Below, in pieces: positions 1-9,504 of a stretch of DNA of 64,000 nucleotides (position 1 is its first letter; each line of letters opens with the position of its first letter). The position numbers and the translations under genes are program-made. The stretch is from contig CAVOMX010000012.1 of the NCBI GenBank assembly GCA_963697165.1, positions 1 to 64,000 on the forward strand, given 5' to 3'. This DNA is from Candidatus Bathyarchaeota archaeon (GTDB lineage: Archaea; Thermoproteota; Bathyarchaeia; Bathyarchaeales; Bathyarchaeaceae). The notes beneath the pieces were generated by a model. It saw only the letters and a list, made by a program, of their open reading frames with translations. It ran no database searches and was not told the origin of the DNA.

Positions 1-184
1 ATATTAGGAGACTAATAACACAGCATTGTTGAAAACAAGCTTTTTTCCTGAAAAACGAGGCACAAACATTGTAGAACACCTTAAACATGTTTTTGCGGAG
101 TTGGTGTTCCCTCAAGTTCGGGTGTATAATGTTAAATATTGAGTTAGGTTAAACTTTGAACCGAAAAGATTCGGGGCATAGTTA

Positions 185-1462
185 ATGCTAGACATTAAAC
201 TTGTTAGAGAGCATCCAGAAATCATACGAAAAGACCTGCAAAAAAGATGTGACCCAGAAAAACTTGAGATGCTTGACAACCTAATCCAATACGACATACA
301 ATGGAGACGACTCCTAACAGAAGCAAACGAACTGCGACATAAACGCAAACAAATAACAACAGAAGTTGCAAACCTAAAAAAACAAGGAAAGGACGCAAAC
401 AAACAGATAGAACAAGCAAAAACTATTCCACAACAAATTAAGGACCTAGAAAACCAAGTTGCGGAATACAGAGAAAAAGCTGACACGCTGCTGATGAAGC
501 TTCCCAACATACTGCATGAGACTGTTCCTTTTGGCAAAGACGAAAACGAAAACGTTGTCGAGAAGCTGGTCGGTAAGCCTCCAAAATTTGATTTTGAGCC
601 AAAGAGCCATGTAGAAATTGCTTCAGATTTGGGTTTAATAGATTTTGAGCGTGCAGCCAAGATTTCTGGTCACGGTTTCTATTACTTGAAAGGCGATTTG
701 GCTAGGCTCGACTTTGCAATTATAACATATACAATAGACGTTCTGCGAAACAGAGGCTACACCCTCATTGAACCGCCTCTGCTGATGCACAGAAAACCGT
801 ATCTGGGCGTCACAGACCTTGAATTCTTCGGAGACCAACTCTACAAAATAGAAAACGACGATCTCTACCTCATAGCCACAAGCGAGCATCCAATGGCAGC
901 CTCATTCATGGACGAAGTCATCCTCCAACAAGACCTGCCCATAAAATATGTGGGAGTCAGCCCATGCTTCAGAAAAGAGGTGGGCACACACGGCAAATAC
1001 ACCAAAGGCTTATTCAGGGTACACCAATTCAACAAAATCGAACAATTCATTTTCTGCCACCCCGATGACTCGTGGAAATTCCATGCGGAACTGCAAAAAA
1101 ACTCTGAAGACCTCTACAAAAGCTTGGGACTACACTACAGGGTAGTAAACGTCTGCACCGGAGACATCGGAATAATCGCAGCCAAAAAATATGACATAGA
1201 AGTCTGGATGGCAGACGGAACATACAGAGAAGCAGGCTCAAACTCCAACTGCACAGACTACCAAGCAAGACGACTAAACATAAAATATAGAGAAAAAGAA
1301 GGACAATCCCCAATCGACTATGTTCACACTCTTAACAATACAGCAATCGCAACCAGCAGAACATTGATTGCAATCCTCGAACAGTATCAACAAAAAGACG
1401 GCTCGGTCATTATTCCTGAAGCTTTAAGACCTCTAATGGGCGGTCTTGAACGACTGAAATAA
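185..1462 (+). CDS. serS: Seryl-tRNA synthetase
   Basis: MLDIKLVRE start, N-terminal coiled coil, class II motifs ATSEHP, FRKE, GLFRVHQFNKIEQ, SNCTDYQARRL, HTLNNT. Confidence 0.98.
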   Translation: MLDIKLVREHPEIIRKDLQKRCDPEKLEMLDNLIQYDIQWRRLLTEANELRHKRKQITTEVANLKKQGKDANKQIEQAKTIPQQIKDLENQVAEYREKADTLLMKLPNILHETVPFGKDENENVVEKLVGKPPKFDFEPKSHVEIASDLGLIDFERAAKISGHGFYYLKGDLARLDFAIITYTIDVLRNRGYTLIEPPLLMHRKPYLGVTDLEFFGDQLYKIENDDLYLIATSEHPMAASFMDEVILQQDLPIKYVGVSPCFRKEVGTHGKYTKGLFRVHQFNKIEQFIFCHPDDSWKFHAELQKNSEDLYKSLGLHYRVVNVCTGDIGIIAAKKYDIEVWMADGTYREAGSNSNCTDYQARRLNIKYREKEGQSPIDYVHTLNNTAIATSRTLIAILEQYQQKDGSVIIPEALRPLMGGLERLK

Positions 1463-1526
1463 CACAAAAAGCCGAAGCTTTTAATACTTCCACGCTAAAT
1501 CTTTCAATCCACAACGAGGGACTCTG

Positions 1527-2114
1527 ATGTCAAAGAGAAGAGGACGCATAAAAGACAAGTGGCGGGACAAGAAATGGTACACAATAGTATCTCCGCCATA
1601 CTTCGGCGGGGTTGAATTGGGAGCCGTACCCGCAGACGATCCTACAAAACTTGTTGGAAGGATTGTTGATGGCACTCTTTATGACATCACCAATGACTTC
1701 GCGCATCAGTATCTCAAACTCTATTTCAGGGTTGAGGAAGTTGAAGGAAAAACTGCCCGCACAGTCTTTAAGGGTCACGAATACTCACGGGATTTTCTTA
1801 GGAGTCTAGTTAGAAGGAGAACAACACGCGTAGACGGAATCTTCAGTGTTAACACCAAAGACAATTATGGGTTAACGCTATCGGTTTCTGTTTTCACGCT
1901 CTCAAGAATAAAAACTTCCCAAGAACATGATATACGCACTATCATGAACAGGATTGTTAGAGAGAAGGCAGCTAACCTCACATTCGACCAGTTCGTTCAA
2001 GAGCTTGTCCTTGGCAAAATTGCCTCTGACATATACAACGAAACAAAGAAGATATCACCACTTCGCCATGTGGGAGTCCGAAAATCGAAGCTTACACTTC
2101 AACCAGCCGCATAA
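1527..2114 (+). CDS. rps3ae: 30S ribosomal protein S3Ae (eS1)
   Basis: KDKWRDKKWY, YLKLYFRV, FKGHEYSRDFLRSLVRRRTTRVD, KISPLRHVGVRKSK; TTTTAATA box at about 1479. Confidence 0.97.
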   Translation: MSKRRGRIKDKWRDKKWYTIVSPPYFGGVELGAVPADDPTKLVGRIVDGTLYDITNDFAHQYLKLYFRVEEVEGKTARTVFKGHEYSRDFLRSLVRRRTTRVDGIFSVNTKDNYGLTLSVSVFTLSRIKTSQEHDIRTIMNRIVREKAANLTFDQFVQELVLGKIASDIYNETKKISPLRHVGVRKSKLTLQPAA

Positions 2115-2394
2115 CAGCGCCACGGTTAATGCTCCAACGTAGACGCTGTTTGTCTAGTATTTGTAGATATATGCCGTTTTTGTTTTTTATTTATGTTCTT
2201 GCAGAAGTCTAGTGATTATCTGAATCATGCATAAGGTTTCTAGTCATGCTTTTAGGCATCTATATTGATGTTAGTTTTCTTGGTTTGAATTGCTAATTAG
2301 TATGTAGTTAACAACATAATGATACAGTTTGCTGATGCATTACGTTTATTTATCCAACAGGTATTATGCTATAATTGCCCAAGGAGAAAACGAC

Positions 2395-2908
2395 ATGGAA
2401 CCTAAACCAAACAAAAACGAAGCATTGGAAGCTCTAGACTTTATTATAAATGTCTTGAAGGAACACGAAAAGGATCTAGATCGCCTCATAGGCCAACTGG
2501 GCATCATAACAGAAAGTTTAGGCGAAACCGGCGAAATAACGGAAAAAATAGAAAGTATAGAAGATCGCATTTCAACTCTCCAGGGCGAAATAACTAATCT
2601 AATAAAACACTTTACCGTCCCCCAAGGTGCCTTATCCTCCGCCTCCTCGTATGCGCCCACAAATCCAGTGAATGTCAAGTGTAGAAAGTGGGAGGACTTT
2701 AAGATTCTGGCGGCAGGCGCAGAAACCGTTTCATACCTTTTCAAAACATCAGAGAACACATTTCAGGCTGATGCAGTAAAAAATGGCAGAGTAGTGTCAT
2801 ACACAGGAGAATTTCCCCCAAACGCTACACTCCTGAAGTTATGGCTGTCAAAAGAATTGAACGTTAACGAAGAACGTTGTCTTTGAGGGATTTCTGAACA
2901 TCGGCTAA
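2395..2908 (+). CDS. Hypothetical coiled-coil protein, probable frameshift near 2878
   Basis: GGAGA-preceded ATG (MEPKPNKNEALEALDFIINVLKEHEKDLDRL); the ORF stops at 2886 but a shifted frame continues VFEGFLNIG* to 2908. Confidence 0.6.
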
Positions 2909-3165
2909 GTTTTGTGTTACCAAATTTTACGCGGTTGATATGGAGCATCTTTCTTTTTTAGTTACGTGAGTTTTGAAGCTTGAAACAATTAGCGAAACGA
3001 GTGCCAGTACATACAGCATGTTTTGGGCTCTTTTCTCATCTCCTATAAAATGCACATGCACATTCTAAAACAAATGGACGATAAAACCACGAAATACATG
3101 AGCGAATTTTGAGCTGAGAATTCTTTGAAAAATAAAAAAAGGTAACCTAGATATGGCTAGGCTTC

Positions 3166-6061
3166 TTAGTCTTCACTTTTTCTCTTTTTCTTTCTTCTTA
3201 CGAACAAACCATAGAGAAGAGTCGCTGTTAGAGTCGTTATACCTAAGCCAATCACGGAGAGAAGAGCTAATTGCATAGTAGTTTCCGTTTCCACAACAAT
3301 GTTCGCAGTTTCTGATGTAGAATCTCCATCATTATCTGTTACAGTCAGGGTTACGGTGTATTCTCCAACTTCACTGTATGCGTGATCTGCTGTCACGCCT
3401 GTGGCTGTGGTTCCGTCACCAAATTCCCATAGATAACCAACGATTGTGCCGTCTGCGTCGTAACTTTCTGAAGCATCAAAGTGGATTGATCTCATTCAGC
3501 ATTACTGTTGTATCGCTTTCGGTGAATGCTGCTACAGGCTGCCTATTCAAAACGGCTTTCTTTGAAGTAGATGAACCAGTTGCGCCGTCATCATCAGTAA
3601 CTGTCAATGTAACGGTGTATACACCATTGTCTTTGTATGTGTGATCAGCTGTTACGCCAGTTGCTGTGGTTCCGTCTCCGAAAGCCCATGAATAACTAAT
3701 GATTGTGCCGTCAGAATCATAGCTAGATGAAGCATCAAAGTTGATACCTATCACCACTGGATACTATTTCTGCTGATTCGGTGAAGGAAGCTACTGGAGC
3801 TTGATTACTAACCGTTTTTGTTGCGCTAGGCATTATCTGTTGCACCATCGTCGTCTGTAACAGTCAATGTCACCGTGTATGTTCCAATCTGAGAGTAAGC
3901 ATGAGAAACTGAGACACCAGTTGCTGTGGTTCCGTCTCCGAAAGCCCATGAATAACTAACGATTGTGCCGTCAGAATCATAGCTAGATGAAGCATCAAAA
4001 GAGATGGTTTCATCGATGCTAAATGCTTCACCCGAGGAGGTAAACGACGCTACAGGTTGCATGTTTATGAAGCGCTTTGTGATTTTGGCTGAATCTGTTG
4101 CCCCGTCGTTATCTGTTACAGTTAAAGTCACGGTGTATACGTCTTTATTGTTGAAGGTATGGGAAACTGATACACCAGTTGCTGTGGTTCCGTCTCCGAA
4201 AGTCCATGAATAACTAACGATTGTGCCATCTGGATCATAGCTCTCAGCGGCGTTAAAGGTAATCGGATCGCCAAGATTTCCTGTCTCAGATGATTCGGTG
4301 AAAATTGCTACAGGAGATTTGTTCATAACATTTGTCGTTGAAGTGGTCGCTATCTGTTGCTCCATCGTTGTCGGTTACTGTAAGGGTGACCTTGTATGAT
4401 TCGCTTTCTGAGTATGAATGATTTACGCTTACGCCAGTTGCTGTGGTTCCGTCTCCGAAGTCCCAATGGTAGTTAACGATAGTGCCGTCTGGGTCGTAAC
4501 TTATGCTCGCATCAAAGGTTGTTGTCTCTTCTTTGTAAAGGGTTGTCGCAGTCTTGGTGAATGCTGCTACGGGAGGTCTGTTTTTTACCACTTGGATCGC
4601 CACTTTGCTGCCAACTAAGTCTTCATTGTCAACAACCCTTAGGGTGACCAAGTATTCTCCATCTTCCATGTATGAGTGACTCACAGTGGCTTCTGAAGAA
4701 TTGATTCCATCTCCAAAATCCCATGAGTAACTAACGATTGTGCCGTCAGAGTCATAGCTAGCTGAAGCATCAAAATCCACTTCCACCTCAGTATACACGA
4801 TAGATGGCGAATACATTAGCACAGCTATTGGTGAACGTTTCGGAATTACTGTCGTGTAACTGAAATTAGATGTTCTTGCATTGTTTCCTACTTGGTCAAA
4901 AGCAATCACAACAAATTTGACATGAACTCCTTCACTCTGCCCAGGGATAGTTGCCTCCCATGCTCCACCAAGTAATGTCATACCTACAGATGACCAAACA
5001 GTGTTGTTGTTTGTGTACCATAGGCTGACGTTCTTGACTCCGCTGGCATCTGAGGGTTCAGTCACGGTCGCTGAGACTGTAACTGACTCGTTTGGGTCTG
5101 GTGTGCGGGGAACTTGAACAACATTGGAGATTACTGGAGAAACAAAATCGTCTACTGTGTACGAATAAAGTGCTGAAACATCAGAGTTTCCTATTGTGTC
5201 AGAAGCGTAGACCTTGTAGTTTACTGTGGTGCTGTATGGCTGGGCTGGAATATCCGCGACGTAAACGCTGCTCTCTAGACTCGGGGTTAAATTAATCCAA
5301 CTGCTAGAGCCGATTTGGTAACTAAGAATAACAGAATCAATGTCTGCACTTCCCTTGGCGACTTGAGATGTGACGGTTACCGACTGATCATAGTTGGGAA
5401 CCTCAGGAGACCTTGTAACGTCAACGATTTCCAGAGGATTAACGGGCATAAGAGAAAAGACTATGTCGTTATAATCCCTCTTCCATCCTCCAAAATAGTT
5501 CTCGAAACCTATCAGAAACATGTCTGGAAAATCCAAATTTACATAAACCCGAGAGTGCTGTTCAGGATAATCGGGATTTCTCCAGTGCTCTGTGAAATAT
5601 CTGTGTTCAGGAGCAAGCAGAGATAGACCAAATTGGGTGTCGACAGCAAATGTTTTAGATAATGGCGGAACCACGTATCCACCACAGGGTTTTGTGGTCC
5701 CTTCGGGTCCAGAGAAAATTGTTTGATAATCGCTTGTGTCAACTGCATAATAACTTAGCACGTTCAGAGGATAATAACTAGCGAATTCGGCTAGTAACGT
5801 GACGTTGTACATTCCTGGAGAAAACGTTTCAGTGTCTACGAGAGCAATGTTAGTGAAGCCTAGATCGTTAAGAATGGATGATAAAGAAGGTCCAGAACCA
5901 ACAGCTGCTACCGAAAAGATCAGGGCGGGGGCTGAAATCAGTAAAGAAATTAGAGTTAGAGTAACTATGCCTGTGAGTATTTGTTTCCTGTTTTTAGCTT
6001 TTTTTCTGGAGTTTTCGCTCTTGCTTTTGTTGAACTTGATTTCTGCAAGATAATAAGTCAC
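3166..6061 (-). CDS. Membrane-anchored surface protein with six PKD domains, split into four ORFs by frameshifts
   Basis: N-terminal signal/TM, DUF4114-like GFEN..DYNDIVF motif, Ig-like domains, six FDAS.SYD.DGTIVSY.W.FGDG...VTLTVTD repeats, C-terminal TM plus RRKKKRK; ORFs 4286-6061, 3826-4365, 3476-3757 and 3166-3495 are contiguous. Confidence 0.85.
3657..3999. repeat. Near-identical 83-bp direct repeat in PKD units (3657-3739 and 3917-3999)
   Basis: CCAGTTGCTGTGGTTCCGTCTCCGAAAGCCCATGAATAACTAA(T/C)GATTGTGCCGTCAGAATCATAGCTAGATGAAGCATCAAA with one mismatch; more diverged copies near 3398, 4175, 4434 and 4692. Confidence 0.9.
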
Positions 6062-6123
6062 ATATTGTTGGACTCCTTCTATTCACTATCTTGATACATA
6101 TTTGATGTATTAAGATAAAGATG

Positions 6124-6145
6124 ATATTTCCTGTGAGTGAAATAT
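6124..6145. promoter_or_regulatory. Palindrome, candidate operator upstream of the PKD gene
   Basis: ATATTTC-N8-GAAATAT. Confidence 0.35.
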
Positions 6146-6382
6146 TCCTAAATAAATATGTAAAATTGTTATAGAAGTAGCGTTTATTTGATTAAACATC
6201 TTTTTGACTTTTGGTGTGTGTTGTCTGTAAATCACCAAAATATGTCATCATGAGAAGCTAAATCGTGGTTTATCTTTATATTCTAAACGAAAACGTGTTT
6301 GTCATGTCTGAAGACAAGATATATCTGTTTTCGAATTATGAATTTTAATAGCCGCTCACCTAAAACAAAATGGAGAAAACCA

Positions 6383-6481
6383 ATGGCCATAAATGAATCC
6401 CAATGGAATATAATAAAAGCACTGCTTGAAGGTTTCCCATCATTGAAAGAAAAGACGATCGATTACCTGAAAGCTCAGTGA
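6383..6481 (+). CDS. Putative 32-aa small protein
   Basis: GGAGA upstream of ATG; MAINESQWNIIKALLEGFPSLKEKTIDYLKAQ has an amphipathic helical pattern. Confidence 0.45.
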   Translation: MAINESQWNIIKALLEGFPSLKEKTIDYLKAQ

Positions 6482-6517
6482 TTTTAAAACAAATTGACAG
6501 ATGATGAATCCAGACCG

Positions 6518-6540
6518 CGGATTCATAAATGATTAATTAG
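6518..6540 (+). promoter_or_regulatory. 23-bp upstream element, identical to 35382-35404
   Basis: CGGATTCATAAATGATTAATTAG, ending 33 bp before the start of 6574-7326. Confidence 0.7.
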
Positions 6541-6573
6541 TGAAACCGAATTTTAATCGTGCAGGTGTTATAG

Positions 6574-7326
6574 TTGAGCGAGATTGCGCCAATTCCAGAA
6601 AAGATAAGCAAAAGCGAGATTGCTCCAATTCCAGAAAAGATAAGCAAAAGAAAAATTATTGTTTACAAATCTCGTGTCGATCCAACCATAGTGAAACTTA
6701 CTGCAGAGAAAATGAAGTACAAGTTGTTCGCAAAATTCAGTTTTTCAAAGAGCAAATCTGAAGAGATACGGGTTGTTTCTGTTGACAAATATTATGAACC
6801 ATACATTCTTATCGACGCAAAATATAGTGTACAATATTTTAAGAAAAAAGTTTACACTCTCGATGTTGACCCTGAAACTGAGCAGGCTAAGATTTCTGAG
6901 ACTTTGTACAAACCCGAAATAGAGGCTGATTCCGCGGGGGAGACACATAAAGTGATTAAGCTAGAAGCTGAGATGTGGTCTTCATACCAAGATAAAGCGT
7001 ATCTAGTGTTTGATAAGGAAGGACAAGAAATTCCGCCTAATCAGGTGCCGGCTGCTCCATCTGAAGATCACCCTGAAAAGATACTGGAAGAGTTTAACAA
7101 AAAGACGGAAACTGTTCAGCTTTCGCCTCAAAAGGAGATAGAACTGGTTAAAGCCAAAATCGTCAAGAGGCCTTCAGAGGTAGCCCAAATCGATAATGAG
7201 CTTTTTCAGGTTTCTGAGCACGCTGTGATTTACAGTCCAATATATGAAATCACTTTTCGTAATGTCAGAACTGGTGAAGAGAAGCTCGTTAAAATAGACG
7301 GCGTTACTGCAAAAATTATCTCTTAA
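6574..7326 (+). CDS. Uncharacterized protein, paralog of 35435-36166
   Basis: 250-aa ORF sharing RKIIVYKSRVDP, VVSVDKYYEPY, APSEDHP, FQVSEHAVIY and IDGVTA with the 35435 ORF. Confidence 0.85.
   Translation: MSEIAPIPEKISKSEIAPIPEKISKRKIIVYKSRVDPTIVKLTAEKMKYKLFAKFSFSKSKSEEIRVVSVDKYYEPYILIDAKYSVQYFKKKVYTLDVDPETEQAKISETLYKPEIEADSAGETHKVIKLEAEMWSSYQDKAYLVFDKEGQEIPPNQVPAAPSEDHPEKILEEFNKKTETVQLSPQKEIELVKAKIVKRPSEVAQIDNELFQVSEHAVIYSPIYEITFRNVRTGEEKLVKIDGVTAKIIS
6577..6648 (+). repeat. 36-bp in-frame tandem duplication (SEIAPIPEKISK x2)
   Basis: AGCGAGATTGC(G/T)CCAATTCCAGAAAAGATAAGCAAA twice, one synonymous difference. Confidence 0.95.
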
Positions 7327-7386
7327 AACGCTGCCCCGATTGCATTCTATGTTTAGGAGAGGATTAGCGGAGCATTTAATTCTGCT

Positions 7387-7665
7387 CTAAATGTTTTCGT
7401 CATCGTTTCCTAGAATGCCAGAGATGTCCGTATATTTTTCTAGGTACCGGTAGCCTTTGTCAGTTGTCTTGTATGTGGTTTTCCTGTTTTCTTTTTGGAC
7501 TTGGAGGAGACCCATTTTGGTGAGAACATCAAGGTAATCGTTTAGTTGTGCAAAGCTCAGGTTTGCTCTATACATGATTTGGGTTTTCAGGCGACCGTCT
7601 TTAGCTATGACCAGTATTTCTGATATTATGTCTAGTCTGTCTCTGCGTTTGTTTGTAAGTTCCAA
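7387..7665 (-). CDS. Winged helix-turn-helix transcription factor (HTH_45/ArnR1-like)
   Basis: RRDRLDIISEIL...KTQIMYRANLSFAQLNDYL...YKTTDKG, typical small archaeal wHTH. Confidence 0.88.
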   Translation of the reverse strand: MELTNKRRDRLDIISEILVIAKDGRLKTQIMYRANLSFAQLNDYLDVLTKMGLLQVQKENRKTTYKTTDKGYRYLEKYTDISGILGNDDENI

Positions 7666-7750
7666 GCCATTAACGACCTTTAGTTTTTTTCTATATCTTT
7701 CGTCTATATGAAAGTGAAGTCGGGCACATAAAAAGTGTGTTTCTGAAACA

Positions 7751-7778
7751 TGTATATTCCCGTAGAAGGAATATTACA
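7751..7778. promoter_or_regulatory. Palindrome, candidate operator upstream of the wHTH gene
   Basis: TGTATATTCC-CGTAGAA-GGAATATTACA. Confidence 0.45.
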
Positions 7779-7883
7779 TCGGATTTGACGGGGGTTGTAG
7801 TTTATTTGTCGAAAACTGCATAACTTTTATAAGCTGAAAACGCAGTTCCGCTGTTTAAACAGGATTGTCATAAGGCGATTGAT

Positions 7884-8018
7884 TTGAGTAGAGATAAAAC
7901 GAAACGACGTGCCTTTCATCTACGTTCCCTGATTGGTAATATTAAGAGTAAAAAGGTTAGACAAGAAGTAATTGAAGAGTATGTCAGCCTCATTTCGCAG
8001 ATGAGCCGAAGCAACTAG
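7884..8018 (+). CDS. Putative 44-aa basic small protein (below the ORF-track cutoff)
   Basis: TTG start after AGGCGA, TTTTATAA box at 7825-7832; MSRDKTKRRAFHLRSLIGNIKSKKVRQEVIEEYVSLISQMSRSN. Confidence 0.45.
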   Translation: MSRDKTKRRAFHLRSLIGNIKSKKVRQEVIEEYVSLISQMSRSN

Positions 8019-8158
8019 TCAATCAAACTATTAAGGCATTTTTGCCTGTTCCAGAACAGGTAGACTTTGGTTTGCGTCAGGAACATCTAGTAAACGTAGC
8101 ATTTTTGCCAGTTTGTTAGTGTCTGCGGTGTCTACAATGATCGCGTATTCTTCTTTTG

Positions 8159-8350
8159 TTAGAAATGTTTGTTTGGTACCCGCGATTCTTTTTCCAAGTC
8201 GCTGCAGTTGTTGCTGTCTGCTGTTTTGTCTGTTTCTAGCTCCATTTTGACTTGGGCTCTTTTGATCATTTTCAAGAGTTTATCGCCTGGAACTTCCTCG
8301 GAGGTTCCGTTGATTACGTCGCGAACGTCGTTGGCTGAAACAGATGCCAA
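8159..8350 (-). pseudogene. Truncated hypothetical gene, possibly virus-derived
   Basis: GGTGA then TTG; MASVSANDVRDVINGTSEEVPGDKLLKMIKRAQVKMELET, ending abruptly. Confidence 0.35.
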
Positions 8351-8587
8351 AGTATACATCACCAAACCATAAACAGCAAAATAGGATTGATTTAATTTTA
8401 GTTCAAGAAAATAACTTAACAACAGGAATTATTTCTCAAACAGATCCTACACATAAGAGATTGTGTCTAACAGCTTGCTAAATACCCATAAAAAACAACC
8501 ATTCACAATTGGATGAGTGCGTAGGAAGAATTTTTTTCCATCCAACTTAATAGCTAAAACGTAGAAAAATAGAAACAAGGGTCATAA

Positions 8588-9376
8588 ATGTTTTACGAGA
8601 AATACTTGAGGGTAACCAAAGAGAAGGACAGTTTCATTAACATCAACCTTGATCCGGCGCTGCCAAAACAAAGAAACAGCAATGTGATTCCTGACAGATA
8701 CGTTTCCAAGGAAGACGACGAATCGCTTCTCAACTTTTCTTTAGACATAATAGAGCAGGTCGGCGATTATTGCTGCTCCATAAAACCTAACACCCAATAT
8801 TACCTTGGTCACACAGGCATACTAAAGAAGATTGCAAAGAAGATCCATAATGAAGGAATGCTTGCGATACTTGACCATAAGCTCGGCGACATCGGTTCCA
8901 CCAACAGCTCCGCTCTGTACTGGATTAAAGAAATGGGCTTTGACGCATTCACATTTTCTCCCTTTGCAGGAAACACAAAAGAGACCGTGGAAAGTGCCCA
9001 CGAACAGAGTCTGGGAGTCATAGTTTTAACTCTCATGTCAAATCCCGAAGCAAAAAACTTGATGATTAACACAAAAGTTGGAGGACAGCCATACTACCTG
9101 TACACCGCAAAAACATTGAAAGAAACAAAGGCAGACGGCTGTGTAGTAGGCTTAACTGACTTTGTCGAGGACGAATACATCAAAAAAATCCAGGAAGCTG
9201 TCGGAGACAAGGTGGTGTTTCTGTTGCAGGGTATAGGTCCCCAAGGCGGACAGGCAATCAAGATAAGGTATGCCCGTAATCCGCTGATCAGCCTAGGACG
9301 AGCAGTCATATACTCTCCCAATCCTAGAGAGGCTATCAAAGGATATCACGAATTATTAAAGAAAGTTACGATATGA
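8588..9376 (+). CDS. pyrF: Orotidine-5'-phosphate decarboxylase
   Basis: NLDP, IKPN, ILDHKLGDIGSTN (DxKxxDIxxT), LMSNP, GIGPQGG, GRAVI. Confidence 0.93.
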   Translation: MFYEKYLRVTKEKDSFININLDPALPKQRNSNVIPDRYVSKEDDESLLNFSLDIIEQVGDYCCSIKPNTQYYLGHTGILKKIAKKIHNEGMLAILDHKLGDIGSTNSSALYWIKEMGFDAFTFSPFAGNTKETVESAHEQSLGVIVLTLMSNPEAKNLMINTKVGGQPYYLYTAKTLKETKADGCVVGLTDFVEDEYIKKIQEAVGDKVVFLLQGIGPQGGQAIKIRYARNPLISLGRAVIYSPNPREAIKGYHELLKKVTI

Positions 9377-9504
9377 GTCTTCAGATTACTTCCATGTTTT
9401 TATGCCTCAAACATATAACAAACACATTTTCAATCGTTTGTAAATGGTGGGGGATCAACGAAACGATTATAACAGCGTTATATCACTATTGATTGTGACA
9501 AAAG

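Noticed and set aside
112..660. 182-aa minus-strand ORF and similar antisense ORFs (20931-21674, 53299-53898, 55995-56519)
   Set aside because: They shadow well-supported genes on the opposite strand and carry no motifs
3398..4775. Regularly spaced repeats as a CRISPR array or DGR template/variable repeat pair
   Set aside because: The period of about 259 bp matches coding PKD domains; there are no unique spacers, cas genes or reverse transcriptase, and only one mismatch in the best pair
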